Of a DNA stretch of 64,000 bases, positions 9,586 through 18,372 are shown piece after piece. Source of the DNA: Candidatus Latescibacterota bacterium (GTDB lineage Bacteria > Latescibacterota > UBA2968 > UBA8231); NCBI GenBank assembly GCA_965248265.1, contig CBDFJF010000001.1, forward strand, positions 256,001-320,000. Direction: 5' to 3'. The notes beneath the pieces were generated by a model. It was not told where the DNA came from. It saw only the letters and a list, made by a program, of their open reading frames with translations, and ran no database searches. A program made the position numbers and the translations under genes. Position 1 is the stretch's first letter. Every line of letters starts with the position of its first letter.

Positions 9586-10641
9586 ATGGCCCAATACGAA
9601 GACCGCGGCGACAACGAAGATGGCGGCGGTGAAGGCGAGGAGGAGGAAGCTGGGATACCGACCATGCAGAAGGTCGCCATTCTCTTCGTCGCTCTGGGGC
9701 AAGAAACTTCTGGCGAGGTGATGAAGTTTCTTAGCGACTACGAGATCGAAGAGATCACCCAGTCGGTTGCGAATCTTAAAAATGTCAGCGTAGAGCAGCA
9801 GGACAGAGTGATGGAGGAGTTCGAGCAGCACCTCCTCGCTGGAGAATGGGTCAGCACCGGAGGCATGGACTTCGCGCGTGGCGCTCTGGAACGAGCCGTT
9901 GGACCCCGTAAGGCACAGGAAATACTCGACCGCGTCGCCAGCACCGTTTCTTCCGGTTTCTACATGCTCAAGAACGTCGCTCCGGAGCAGGTCGCCCCGT
10001 TCATCTCGCACGAGCATCCGCAGACCATCGGATTGATACTATCGCAGTTAGACCCCGCCCAGGGTGCCGGTATTCTGGCCCAGCTTCCGGAGCGCATGCA
10101 GTCAGACGTCGCCTACCGTATCGCGACCATGGAGAACATCACCCCGGCTATCCTAAAGGAAATTGAAGAGGCCCTCGAAGCCTCACTGCGCGATATCCTT
10201 GGCGGTAATCAGGATGTGGGTGGACCCAAGGTGGTCGCCGACATGCTCAACCTGACTGGTTCGTCGGTGGAAAAGAACGTCCTGGACCAGATGGACGCGC
10301 AGGATCCGGAAGTGGCCGAGTCCGTGCGCAACCTCATGTTCACCTTCGCCGACATCTCCAAGCTCACCGACCGCGAATTGCAGGTGTTGTTGCGAGAGGT
10401 CGACCAGAAGGACCTCGTCGTCGCCCTTAAGGCAGCCGAGGAGGAGTTGAAGGACAAGATCCTCGGCAACATGTCCGAGCGCGTGCGCACCTTCATCACC
10501 GAGGAAATGGAGTTCCTCGGCCCGATGCGTCTCAGCGAAGTGGAAGAGGTCCAGCTGCGCATCGTGCAGCAGGTACGTCAGCTCGAGGAGCAGGGCCAGG
10601 TAACCATCGTCCGCGGCGACGCCGATGACTCGTTCGTATAA
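9586..10641 (+). CDS. fliG: Flagellar motor switch protein FliG (full length, stand-alone)
   Basis: QKVAILFVALG, GGMDFAR..LE, EHPQTI, VGGPK.VA, LMFTF, NMSER, GPMRLSEVEE.Q. Confidence 0.92.
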   Translation: MAQYEDRGDNEDGGGEGEEEEAGIPTMQKVAILFVALGQETSGEVMKFLSDYEIEEITQSVANLKNVSVEQQDRVMEEFEQHLLAGEWVSTGGMDFARGALERAVGPRKAQEILDRVASTVSSGFYMLKNVAPEQVAPFISHEHPQTIGLILSQLDPAQGAGILAQLPERMQSDVAYRIATMENITPAILKEIEEALEASLRDILGGNQDVGGPKVVADMLNLTGSSVEKNVLDQMDAQDPEVAESVRNLMFTFADISKLTDRELQVLLREVDQKDLVVALKAAEEELKDKILGNMSERVRTFITEEMEFLGPMRLSEVEEVQLRIVQQVRQLEEQGQVTIVRGDADDSFV

Positions 10642-10743
10642 GAGTCCCGTAGGGACTTTCGACTTCCGCTAGGAAGTTCTCGAGCTCCGAAGGAGCTTTT
10701 CAAGTTCCCGCCAGGAAGTTTTCAAGCTCACGAGGTAGTTTTC
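10642..10743. repeat. Tandem array of five degenerate ~20-22 bp hairpin units
   Basis: AGTCCC-gta-GGGACT, ACTTCC-gcta-GGAAGT, AGCTCC-gaa-GGAGCT, then two decayed units, separated by short pyrimidine linkers. Confidence 0.7.
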
Positions 10744-11003
10744 CGGGTCTCGCTGCATCGGCGGAACTCATGGCTCGCTCTCCTCAATAATGGGCGATGG
10801 TCACACCCTCGCTCAGCCCGTATCAGTTGGCCCCGCAGCTGTTAGATCTCGCGACGCGAGCTGTGCCGCTTGTATCGTGAGGCCGATCCCAGTGTACGGA
10901 TAATCTTCGCGCGTGTGCGACCTCTAAAAAATCCGAAAGATGCGCTATGCGCGGTCGTGGAAAGGACTCGACATGGCGTGCGCACTGCGTTTACGTATGC
11001 AGA

Positions 11004-11108
11004 CTGGCCGTATGCAAGAAAATCGTAGAGCACCATGGCGGCCGCATCTGGATGACCCCCAACGCGTCGGCCGGCGCGACGTTCTCCTTCACCTTGCAGT
11101 GCGGGTAG
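11004..11108 (+). pseudogene. Histidine kinase HATPase_c C-terminal remnant
   Basis: Reads [34 protein letters not shown], the canonical kinase C-terminus, with no N-terminal part. Confidence 0.7.
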
Positions 11109-11366
11109 CGGTCATTTCTCAGCTTGCCGGTTCGGACGCAGGCCTCCTGCGGATTGTCATAGTGTGTATGGAACCTCACTCAGGAGACTTTCTGATGAAG
11201 CGCTTGCTACTTGTCACACTATTGAGGCTCGCTGCCCTTCCGACCGTCTCAACTAACACACTGACCACCAGGATGTTGGTTTCCGGCGATCCGGCACGTT
11301 TTAATTGACGCACAAGACAAGGATGATACCATGAAGGACACGTACACGGCGCTGGTGAACGCAACG

Positions 11367-12497
11367 TTACAGAGCCAGGAGTCGGGCCAGGGTCGTCAGT
11401 GGCAGCACGCGCGCGTTGTACTGGGCGACCTCGTAATCCTTGCTACCCATGTGGACCTGGTAGAAATAGGGAATGTCGGTGCGCTCGGCGAAATAGGGGA
11501 TATTCCGGCTCAAACCCTGCTCCCCACTCTTGCACTCCACCGCAAACGCCGGCCGCTCGTTCTCGACGACCACGAAGTCCAGTTCCCGGCCCTGGGCGTC
11601 CCGCACAAAACGCAGTTCCACGTGATCTCCGTCGAAATCCTCCCGTGCGTGACAGTGCTTCAGTAGATGGGAGGCCACCATGTTCTCAAACCGCGCTGCC
11701 GGGTTTTCGCATAGCGACCAGTCCCACATATAGAGCTTGCGCTCCTTCCGAACCGCGCGCAGCCGAGGCAATTCGTACGGGTGGATGCGGAAGCATAAGT
11801 AGAGATTTTCCAGGATGGTAATCCACCGGTCGGCGGTTTCGAAGGCCACCGACAGGTCCTGTCTCAGGTTGTTGACAGAGAGCGGGGAGCCTACCCGGTC
11901 GGGTAGACTATGGGCCAGCAGGTCTAGTTGGGACACCTCCTTGACGTATTCGAGGTTGATCAGATCGTCTTGAATGACCCGGCTCTGGCGCTCCCGCTGC
12001 CAGCGTTTCCAATGCCGGGCATTGCCCTTGAGAAAGGGCTCGGGAAAGCCGCCGAATCGCAGCAGGTGATCGACATCTGACGGCGTGGGGACTTCGCTGG
12101 TCTCGTACAGCGAAAGGGGGTGCAGGCGATGATAGTGATAGCGACCCTGTAGCGAGTCTCCCCCCCTTCGGTAGTGGTCCAAGCGGGCCGACCCGGTGAT
12201 GAGAAAACGTCTACTTGACTTCGTGCTGTCATACAGCCCTTTTACGAGGTTCCGCCAGCCTTTGTACTTGTGAATCTCGTCCAGGATCACCAGGCTTTCG
12301 TCGCCGGGAAGGGCACCCTGGAGCAGCGCTTTCTGGGAGGCGATAACGTCCCAGCTCAGATAGGCCGGATGCTTCTCGCTGCCGCCTTGGAGGAGATTGA
12401 GGGCCAGCGTCGTCTTGCCGACTTGCCGTGGGCCGCCGAGAAAGACCATCTTCTCTTCCAGATCTTCCGCGATCACGTCCTCTAGATAGCGCTTCAT
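11367..12497 (-). CDS. AAA+ ATPase (AAA_14 + DUF4143-type with C-terminal PD-(D/E)xK-like motif)
   Basis: GPRQVGKTT, ILDEIH, ITGSA, SLQGR, GGFPE, FENMVA, ELDFVV...VECK. Confidence 0.88.
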   Translation of the reverse strand: MKRYLEDVIAEDLEEKMVFLGGPRQVGKTTLALNLLQGGSEKHPAYLSWDVIASQKALLQGALPGDESLVILDEIHKYKGWRNLVKGLYDSTKSSRRFLITGSARLDHYRRGGDSLQGRYHYHRLHPLSLYETSEVPTPSDVDHLLRFGGFPEPFLKGNARHWKRWQRERQSRVIQDDLINLEYVKEVSQLDLLAHSLPDRVGSPLSVNNLRQDLSVAFETADRWITILENLYLCFRIHPYELPRLRAVRKERKLYMWDWSLCENPAARFENMVASHLLKHCHAREDFDGDHVELRFVRDAQGRELDFVVVENERPAFAVECKSGEQGLSRNIPYFAERTDIPYFYQVHMGSKDYEVAQYNARVLPLTTLARLLAL

Positions 12498-12533
12498 ACG
12501 GGCTTCCCTTGCACATGCTTTAATTCATGTGTC

Positions 12534-12565
12534 CTCTAATATATACGTGTACATATTAGAGTCAA
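12534..12565 (-). promoter_or_regulatory. sigma70-type promoter overlapped by an inverted-repeat operator
   Basis: Minus strand TTGACT-N16-TATATT; CTCTAATAT...ATATTAGAG inverted repeat overlaps it. Confidence 0.5.
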
Positions 12566-12678
12566 GACGAATTAATACACAGTTCCGGATCCGAAGGCTG
12601 AGAGCGGCCAACATTAAATAAGTGTATATGAAGACCGGGGGCCGCGATGGCAGACCGATCGACGGCGCCGTATGGTGG

Positions 12679-13110
12679 TCATGCAACCGGATTGAGATCC
12701 CCTTGGGCGTTGGGCACGACTCGACGCACTGTCTGTACGAGATCGAAGTCGCGATCGAAGCTGCAGATCCCGTCCAGATCGTTCGACAGGACGACTGCCG
12801 CGTGGATGGCATCGCGAGCTGCCATAGCTGGGTGCTCATCCAGCAAGTGACTGCCCAGAATGGCAACTCTGTCAGTGACGGGCAGGATTGTGTTGAACAG
12901 GGCGCACGTGATGTCGAAGGCTTCCCGCCCGCCGGTCTCCCATCGACCCAGGCTGCGGTAACGATGCATGATTTCCTGCAGGGCTTCCGCGTCGATTCCA
13001 GCATCAACTACACCTGTTGCGATCTGTTCCATCAGGGCCAGACAAGGGCGCTTGTTTGGATGCTCTGAAGCTGTCGCGTACATGACAACGTTGGTGTCGA
13101 CCAAAATCAC
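12679..13110 (-). CDS. vapC: PIN-domain toxin (VapC family), copy 1
   Basis: ILVDTNV, EALQE, RDAIHAA, SFDRDF acidic tetrad. Confidence 0.9.
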   Translation of the reverse strand: MILVDTNVVMYATASEHPNKRPCLALMEQIATGVVDAGIDAEALQEIMHRYRSLGRWETGGREAFDITCALFNTILPVTDRVAILGSHLLDEHPAMAARDAIHAAVVLSNDLDGICSFDRDFDLVQTVRRVVPNAQGDLNPVA

Positions 13111-13358
13111 GGCTGGGGTTCGTCTGGATCGGGTAACGATTCGCGTTTCATCTGTTCAACGGAGCCTACCGGCAGATTTAACGTGCCCAAGCGTCGAACA
13201 ACCGCGAGCCTCTCCTCCACGGACAGGTCTCCGTACTGCTTCTCGCACGCTTCTCGCACCAATTGTCCCATGCTCGTATTCCGCTCCGACGCGAGGCGAG
13301 CCAGGCGCTCATGCATGTCGGGAGACAGCAGGATCGTAGTTTTCTTGGTTAATTCCAT
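13107..13358 (-). CDS. Ribbon-helix-helix (CopG-like) antitoxin, copy 1
   Basis: KKTTILLSPDMHERLARLA...SMGQLVREA; 4-bp overlap with vapC; SD GGAGG before ATG at 13358. Confidence 0.85.
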   Translation of the reverse strand: MELTKKTTILLSPDMHERLARLASERNTSMGQLVREACEKQYGDLSVEERLAVVRRLGTLNLPVGSVEQMKRESLPDPDEPQP

Positions 13359-13364
13359 ATCCAC

Positions 13365-13378
13365 CTCCATATATGGAG
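13365..13378. promoter_or_regulatory. Perfect 14-bp palindrome over the antitoxin SD (putative operator); second copy at 14869..14882
   Basis: CTCCATATATGGAG in both repeat copies. Confidence 0.55.
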
Positions 13379-13454
13379 AAGATAGGCTAGGCCTGTTTTG
13401 GGGGACTTGGCAACGGTATACTGTACGGTTTCAGAGCGGTGAGGTCCCCAATAT

Positions 13455-13844
13455 TCACGACAGAATAATCTTGACATTGTAAAGCCGGAATTGCCGATCT
13501 GACGTCAAGATCGTCATGGATTCAGCCTGAGCAACCGCGATTAGTAACCTGTCGAAGGGATCTCGGTGGTAAGCGGGGAGCACGGCGACCCTTGCTGCGT
13601 GCTGGTGCTGAATTGGGAGAGATTCTATCCCATCTCTGATCAGTCTCGGAAGGACAAACTCCTCCGGTGGCTGCGGCAACGTTAACTTTCCGAGTTGATA
13701 CTTAATCGAGATTTCCCAGGTGCTCGCAGCCGATAGAACCAGCGTGTTGTCGGGATCGTCCACGATGCTGGCAACCTCGTGGCCCATCCGCTGTGGGCTG
13801 ACCAAGCTCCAAAGCCAGATCTGAGTATCGAGCAGATACTTCAC
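13455..13844 (-). CDS. vapC: PIN-domain toxin (VapC family)
   Basis: YLLDTQIWLW, SAASTWEI.IK, HRDPFDRLLIA.A, LTSD. Confidence 0.92.
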   Translation of the reverse strand: MKYLLDTQIWLWSLVSPQRMGHEVASIVDDPDNTLVLSAASTWEISIKYQLGKLTLPQPPEEFVLPRLIRDGIESLPIQHQHAARVAVLPAYHRDPFDRLLIAVAQAESMTILTSDRQFRLYNVKIILS

Positions 13845-14074
13845 GATTCAAAGGCCTGAAGCTCGTCCTCCGGCAGGGGAGCATTGAAGTCTTCCGGGAC
13901 TTCGAACAGCCCCAAGTCTCTGCCAAGTGTTCGCCTGGACTTTGCGTCGCTGACAGGCACAAGTCTAGCAAGAGGTTTTCCAGACTTAGCGATAACAACC
14001 TCTTCTCCCGTGGCAACCTGAGCGAGGAGCCGCGACAGGTGCGTTTTAGCTTCGTGGATATTGACCTGAATCAT
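13841..14074 (-). CDS. Phd/YefM family antitoxin
   Basis: VNIHEAKTHLSRLL..V..GEEVVIAK.GKPLARLVP; 4-bp overlap with the toxin. Confidence 0.92.
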   Translation of the reverse strand: MIQVNIHEAKTHLSRLLAQVATGEEVVIAKSGKPLARLVPVSDAKSRRTLGRDLGLFEVPEDFNAPLPEDELQAFES

Positions 14075-14097
14075 CTTTGGTCCTCCATCTTTTGATG

Positions 14098-14131
14098 TGA
14101 CTAAGCTAAGTATCCATCTTAGCTAAGTCAA
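14098..14131 (-). promoter_or_regulatory. Promoter and operator of the Phd-PIN operon
   Basis: Minus strand TTGACT-N17-TAGCTT within inverted repeat TGACTAAGCTAAG-N7-CTTAGCTAAGTCA (1 mismatch). Confidence 0.65.
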
Positions 14132-14184
14132 ATAGCGCGAATCTCATCGATCTGATCGATGAAGATTTGCACGCCGTGTGGTGG

Positions 14185-14614
14185 TCATGCAACCGGACTG
14201 AGATCCCCTTGGGCGTTGGGCACGACTCGACGCACCGTCTGCACGAGATCGAAGTCGCTCGAAGCTGCAGATCCCGTCCAGACCGTTCGACAGGACGACT
14301 GCCGCGTGGATGGCATCGCGAGCTGCCATAGCTGGGTGCTCATCCAGCAAGTGACTGCCCAGAATGGCAACTCTGTCAGTGACGGGCAGGATTGTGTTGA
14401 ACAGGGCGCACGTGATGTCGAAGGCTTCCCGCCCGCCGGTCTCCCATCGACCCAGGCTGCGGTAACGATGCATGATTTCCTGCAGGGCTTCCGCATCGAT
14501 TCCAGTATCCACTACACCTGTTGCGATCTGCTCCATCAGGGCCAGACAAGGGCGCTTGTTTGGATGCTCTGAAGCTGTCGCGTACATGACAACGTTGGTG
14601 TCGACCAAAATCAC
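14185..14614 (-). pseudogene. vapC: PIN toxin copy 2, frameshifted
   Basis: 2-bp deletion near 14258 (gaagtcgc-ga-tcg becomes gaagtcgc-tcg) changes SFDRDF to SFERLR. Confidence 0.85.
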
Positions 14615-14862
14615 GGCTGGGGTTCGTCTGGATCGGGTAACGATTCGCGTTTCATCTGTTCAACGGAGCCTACCGGCAGATTCAGCGTACCCAAGCGTCG
14701 AACAACCGCGAGTCTCTCCTCCACGGACAGGTCTCCGTACTGCTTCTCGCACGCTTCTCGCACCAATTGTCCCATGCTCGTATTCCGCTCCGCCGCGAGG
14801 CGAGCCAGGCGCTCATGCATGTCGGGAGACAGCAAGATCGTCGTTTTCTTGGTCAGCTCCAT
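14611..14862 (-). CDS. RHH antitoxin, copy 2
   Basis: Near-identical to 13107..13358. Confidence 0.85.
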   Translation of the reverse strand: MELTKKTTILLSPDMHERLARLAAERNTSMGQLVREACEKQYGDLSVEERLAVVRRLGTLNLPVGSVEQMKRESLPDPDEPQP

Positions 14863-15016
14863 ATCCACCTCCATATATGGAGAAGAAAGACCTTCTTGAG
14901 GGACTTGGCAACGCCGTACTGCAGTCAGCTCGCCCCGTCCGAGCCCCATTTGCCAGAGCAGTTTGCACAGCGGCACCACAAACCGGGGCAGCCGCCCATT
15001 GGAGCTATCCGAAAAA

Positions 15017-15272
15017 TGGTCTTCTCCCCTAAATCTGGTCCACTTCAGATGAGAGAAATTTCTGGTTATGTTGCGGGTCCAGGGAGAAGAGAAAATGAAA
15101 AAGCGTTACACCGAAGAGCAGATTGCGCTGGCGTTGCGGCAGGCCGAGGGCGGCACAGCCGTTGGGGAGATCTGCCGCAAGATGGGGGGTCAGCGAGGCT
15201 ACGTTTTACCGCTGGAAGAAACAGTTTCAAGGCATGGGCATAGCTGAGTTGCGCCGCCTTCGCCAGCTGAAC
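15017..15272 (+). mobile_element. IS3-family remnant (left end plus frameshifted, truncated orfA)
   Basis: TGGTCTTCTCCCC end; ATG at 15095 reads MKKRYTEEQIALALRQAEGG..VGEICRKMG, then after an extra G, VSEATFYRWKK...ELRRLRQL. Confidence 0.8.
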
Positions 15273-15273
15273 C

Positions 15274-15839
15274 GTGGCCGAAGCCGCCTCCTTTTGTCAG
15301 CGCATGCCTCCCGGGACGCTCGATTTCCTCGAGGAGCCGATCCGCGATGAGACCCCCGACGCGTACGAATCCCTGCGCTCCATGGTGGACGTTCCCTTCG
15401 CTATCGGCGAGGAGTTTGCCAGCAAGTGGGACTTCCTGCCGTACCTGGAGCGCGGTATCACCAACTTCGCGCGCCCGGATGTGTGCATCGTGGTGGTCTC
15501 ACCGAGGCCGTCAAGATCGCCGCCATCGCAGAGGCTCACTACATCGATCTCATGCCGCACAACCCGCTGGAACCTGTCTGCACCGCCGCCACGGTCCATC
15601 TGGCCGCCGCCGTTCCGAACGTGTCGTGGCTGGAGATTCGCGAGTCGCCAACCGAGCATGTGGACCGGTACGACACGGCGGTCTACCCGGTACAACCGGT
15701 GGCGGACGGTCCCAACATCATCGTGCCGGACGCACCGGGACTGGGTGTGGAGGTGGACGAGTCGCTCCTGCGGGCCCCGTCGGACTCGACCCGGGAGTTG
15801 AGCCTGCGTCGCCGCGACGGATCGATCATGAATTGGTGA
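15274..15839 (+). pseudogene. Mandelate racemase/enolase superfamily (galactonate dehydratase-like) C-terminal fragment
   Basis: FLEEP, FAIGEE, RPDV, then frameshift near 15490 to GGLTE..KIA, MPHNP, PGLGVEVDE; 5' half missing. Confidence 0.8.
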
Positions 15840-15887
15840 CCTGCGGCGGTCTGCTCGCTGAGCCCGACTGCCGGCGATGACTTCTCG

Positions 15888-17855
15888 ATGAAAGCGCAGA
15901 CACAAGACGCCTCAAAGGCGTCCGAGCTCTGGTCGATCACACCCCGCGGCTTCATCATCGGATGCGTCGCGGCAGCTACTCTTGCCATCACCATTCCCTA
16001 CGGCGGTATGGTCATCCAGGGTTCTCGCCTGGGATTGAGCGCATGTACTCCCGCCGCCTTTTTTCTGTTTTTCGTTCTGCTGATCACGGTTCAAGTCGTC
16101 CTCGGTATGCTCAGGCGGGCGTGGCTCCTCAAGCCGGGTGAGTTGATCGTCGTCTTCGTCATGATGATGATGGCCACCGCCATCCCGACCCGCGGCGTGG
16201 TGGGCGTGCTCCTCCCGATGATCACCGGCACCTTCTACTTCGCCACACCGGAAAACAATTGGGCCGAGCTCATCCATCCCTTCCTGCCGCGCTGGATGGT
16301 CCTCTACGATACAGAGGCGGTCAAGGGATTCTACGAGGGCACGAGCTCTGCGATCCCATGGGAGTTGTGGACGCCTCTCCTGCTGAGATGGCTGGTCTTC
16401 TTCGCAGCCTTCCACCTGACCCTGCTGTGCGCCCTGGCGATGCTCAGGCGCCAGTGGGTCGAGCACGAGCGCCTGGCTTTCCCTCTGGCTCAGGTCCCCC
16501 TGGCCATGATTCAGGATGGCGAAAAGGCCGATTCCATCGTCAAGCCATTCTTCAAGAACCCGGTCATGTGGATCGGCTTCCTGCTCTCCTTTTCCCTGAA
16601 CAGCACGAATGCGCTGCATCACTACGTCGACTACATCCCTGCCCTTTTGTCCGAGTACCACACGAGCATTTTCCGGGGCCACGTCGGGCTGACCTGGCGC
16701 ATCAACTTCCTCATGTTGGGCTTCGCCTACTTCATCGGCTCCAACGTCTCTTTCAGTCTCTGGTTCTTCTACCTCCTCCACCTGATCCAGGAAGGTGTTT
16801 TCAACATCGTCGGTATCGGCAATCCCGAGCAGCTCGGGCACTGGACCGATTCGGGTCCCGTGGGCGCCATCATGGCCCATCAGATGATGGGCGCCCTCAT
16901 CGTCCTCGTCCTCTTCGGTCTGTGGACCGGGCGCTCCCATATCCGGCAGGTGCTGTGGAAAGCCTGGGACCGGAGCGCCCCCGTAGACGATTCCCGCGAG
17001 ATCATGTCATACCGGTTCGCCGTTGTCGGGTTCCTCGTCGGACTCGGCGCGATGTGGGTGTTCCTGTGGAAGACGGGAATACCCGCCTGGATCGCGCCGC
17101 TGTTCATCTTCGCCGCTCTCATCATCTGGATCGGACTGGCTCGAGCCGTCGCCGAGGCCGGCATTCCGACCATCACGCCCTCCATTGTCCCGGCCGGCTT
17201 CGTCATTTCCGGAGTCGGCACTTCCGCGCTGGGCATAGAGGGCATCGTCGCCACCGGGATGACGCTGACCTGGGGAGGCGACCTTCTCGCCTTCATCACA
17301 GCCCCCATGGCCAACGCTATCCGGCTGGGCAGCGAGGTGGCCAGGCACCGACGAGCCGTGTTCACCGCCATAGCCACGGCCCTGCTCATCAGTCTGGTGC
17401 TCTCCGCCTGCTTTCTCGTGTTCCTCGCCTACCGGGACGGCGCCCTGCATCTGCACTCCCAGTACTTCACGGGTTTTGCTCGCTACCCCTCGGACATGGC
17501 CGCCACCCAGCTAGCCAACCCCACAGGTCCCAACCTGGTGGGATGGTTGTGGACGGGCGCCGGTGGGCTGTTCATGGCCGGCTTGATGATTGCACGTCAC
17601 TTTCTGATTTGGTGGCCCTTCCACCCGATCGGTTTTGCCGTGAGTGCCGGCTGGGTGCTGAATCAGACTTGGTTTTCCATCTTCTTGGCATGGCTCATCA
17701 AGCTCGTCTTCTTGCGCTACGGTGGTCCCAGCATGTACGAGAAGACGAAGCCGTTCTTCATGGGCATCATCATGGGGCAGTTCGTGGTGGGGGGTTTCTG
17801 GTTGATCGTCGACGCCTTCACCGGCATGCAGGGCAACGTCATTCGGGTGTACTGA
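15888..17855 (+). CDS. Multi-pass membrane protein, putative peptide transporter (DUF6785/DUF6784-like)
   Basis: 655 aa; RRQWVEHERLAFPLAQVP, WWPFHPIGF, SIFLAWLIK..LRYGG, PFFMGII.G. Confidence 0.75.
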   Translation: MKAQTQDASKASELWSITPRGFIIGCVAAATLAITIPYGGMVIQGSRLGLSACTPAAFFLFFVLLITVQVVLGMLRRAWLLKPGELIVVFVMMMMATAIPTRGVVGVLLPMITGTFYFATPENNWAELIHPFLPRWMVLYDTEAVKGFYEGTSSAIPWELWTPLLLRWLVFFAAFHLTLLCALAMLRRQWVEHERLAFPLAQVPLAMIQDGEKADSIVKPFFKNPVMWIGFLLSFSLNSTNALHHYVDYIPALLSEYHTSIFRGHVGLTWRINFLMLGFAYFIGSNVSFSLWFFYLLHLIQEGVFNIVGIGNPEQLGHWTDSGPVGAIMAHQMMGALIVLVLFGLWTGRSHIRQVLWKAWDRSAPVDDSREIMSYRFAVVGFLVGLGAMWVFLWKTGIPAWIAPLFIFAALIIWIGLARAVAEAGIPTITPSIVPAGFVISGVGTSALGIEGIVATGMTLTWGGDLLAFITAPMANAIRLGSEVARHRRAVFTAIATALLISLVLSACFLVFLAYRDGALHLHSQYFTGFARYPSDMAATQLANPTGPNLVGWLWTGAGGLFMAGLMIARHFLIWWPFHPIGFAVSAGWVLNQTWFSIFLAWLIKLVFLRYGGPSMYEKTKPFFMGIIMGQFVVGGFWLIVDAFTGMQGNVIRVY

Positions 17856-17899
17856 TCCCGTCACGGGGCAGGCGAGCGCCGTGGGCCGCACCAGCCCGA

Positions 17900-18210
17900 T
17901 CACCTTCCCTGATACAGGTGGTCAGCGATGGTGCCGATCTCAAGCTGGACGCGCTCTTCAATCTCTCCCCTGCGCTTCTGCCTCTGGTACGTGGCGAGCG
18001 CCCTTCGCGCCTCATCTTCCCGGCCCAGCTCGTTGTACAATGTGCCGAGGAACAGGTACGCACGCGGCCCGATCCACTCGGCTTCGCGCAGCGCCTCGAC
18101 GTAGGCGAGCGCCTCCCCGTGTCGGCCCATGCGGTACAGCACGGCTCCCAGCTGCCACCTGACGGGATCTGATTCCGGGTCCACGGCGAGGGCCTCTCGC
18201 AGCAAATCCT
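17900..18210 (-). pseudogene. 3' fragment of a TPR-repeat protein
   Basis: LREALAVDP..RWQLGAVLYRMGR..EA and AYLFLGTLYNELGR..EA; no credible start, frame runs into the terminator/att region. Confidence 0.6.
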
Positions 18211-18217
18211 GGATAGA

Positions 18218-18262
18218 CAAAGAGAAAGCCCTGGGAATTAAAATGGTGCCGTCCCAGGGCTT
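18218..18262 (-). terminator. Intrinsic terminator downstream of the tRNA-Val 3' fragment
   Basis: Perfect 11-bp stem AAGCCCTGGGA/TCCCAGGGCTT followed on the minus strand by TCTCTTT. Confidence 0.65.
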
Positions 18263-18268
18263 ATTTGA

Positions 18269-18317
18269 TGGTGGGCGATGCCGGGCTCTCACCAGCGACC
18301 CCCTGCTTGTAAGGCAG
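18269..18317 (-). other. tRNA-Val(UAC) 3'-half fragment, putative att site
   Basis: Minus strand CTGCCT-TAC-AAGCAGGGGGTCGCTGGTGAGAGCCCGGCATCGCCCACCA: anticodon arm, decayed T-loop, acceptor 3' strand and CCA; no 5' half. Confidence 0.85.
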
Positions 18318-18372
18318 TGGTTTGTGTTAATATTTACAGTAAGTTATAGATATGTATCCCTCCGTGTAACCA

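Larger units (their letters stand above)
12666..14886. repeat. Direct repeat pair (12666..13382 and 14172..14886) carrying the RHH-PIN TA module
   Basis: Near-identical ~715 bp sequences with scattered substitutions and a 2-bp deletion in copy 2. Confidence 0.92.

Noticed and set aside
10642-10743. CRISPR array
   Set aside because: Units are ~21 bp, degenerate and abutting with no unique spacers; no cas genes in the window
12666-14886. Integron cassette array
   Set aside because: No recognisable attC sites between modules and the nearby recombinase lacks the IntI-specific insertion
16259-18172. 637-aa ORF overlapping the transporter
   Set aside because: Arg/Pro/His-rich off-frame shadow typical of high-GC DNA; the transporter frame has the family motifs
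18269-18317. Functional tRNA-Val gene
   Set aside because: No 5' acceptor strand or D-arm, and the T-loop reads GGTGAG instead of GGTTCG; treated as an att remnant
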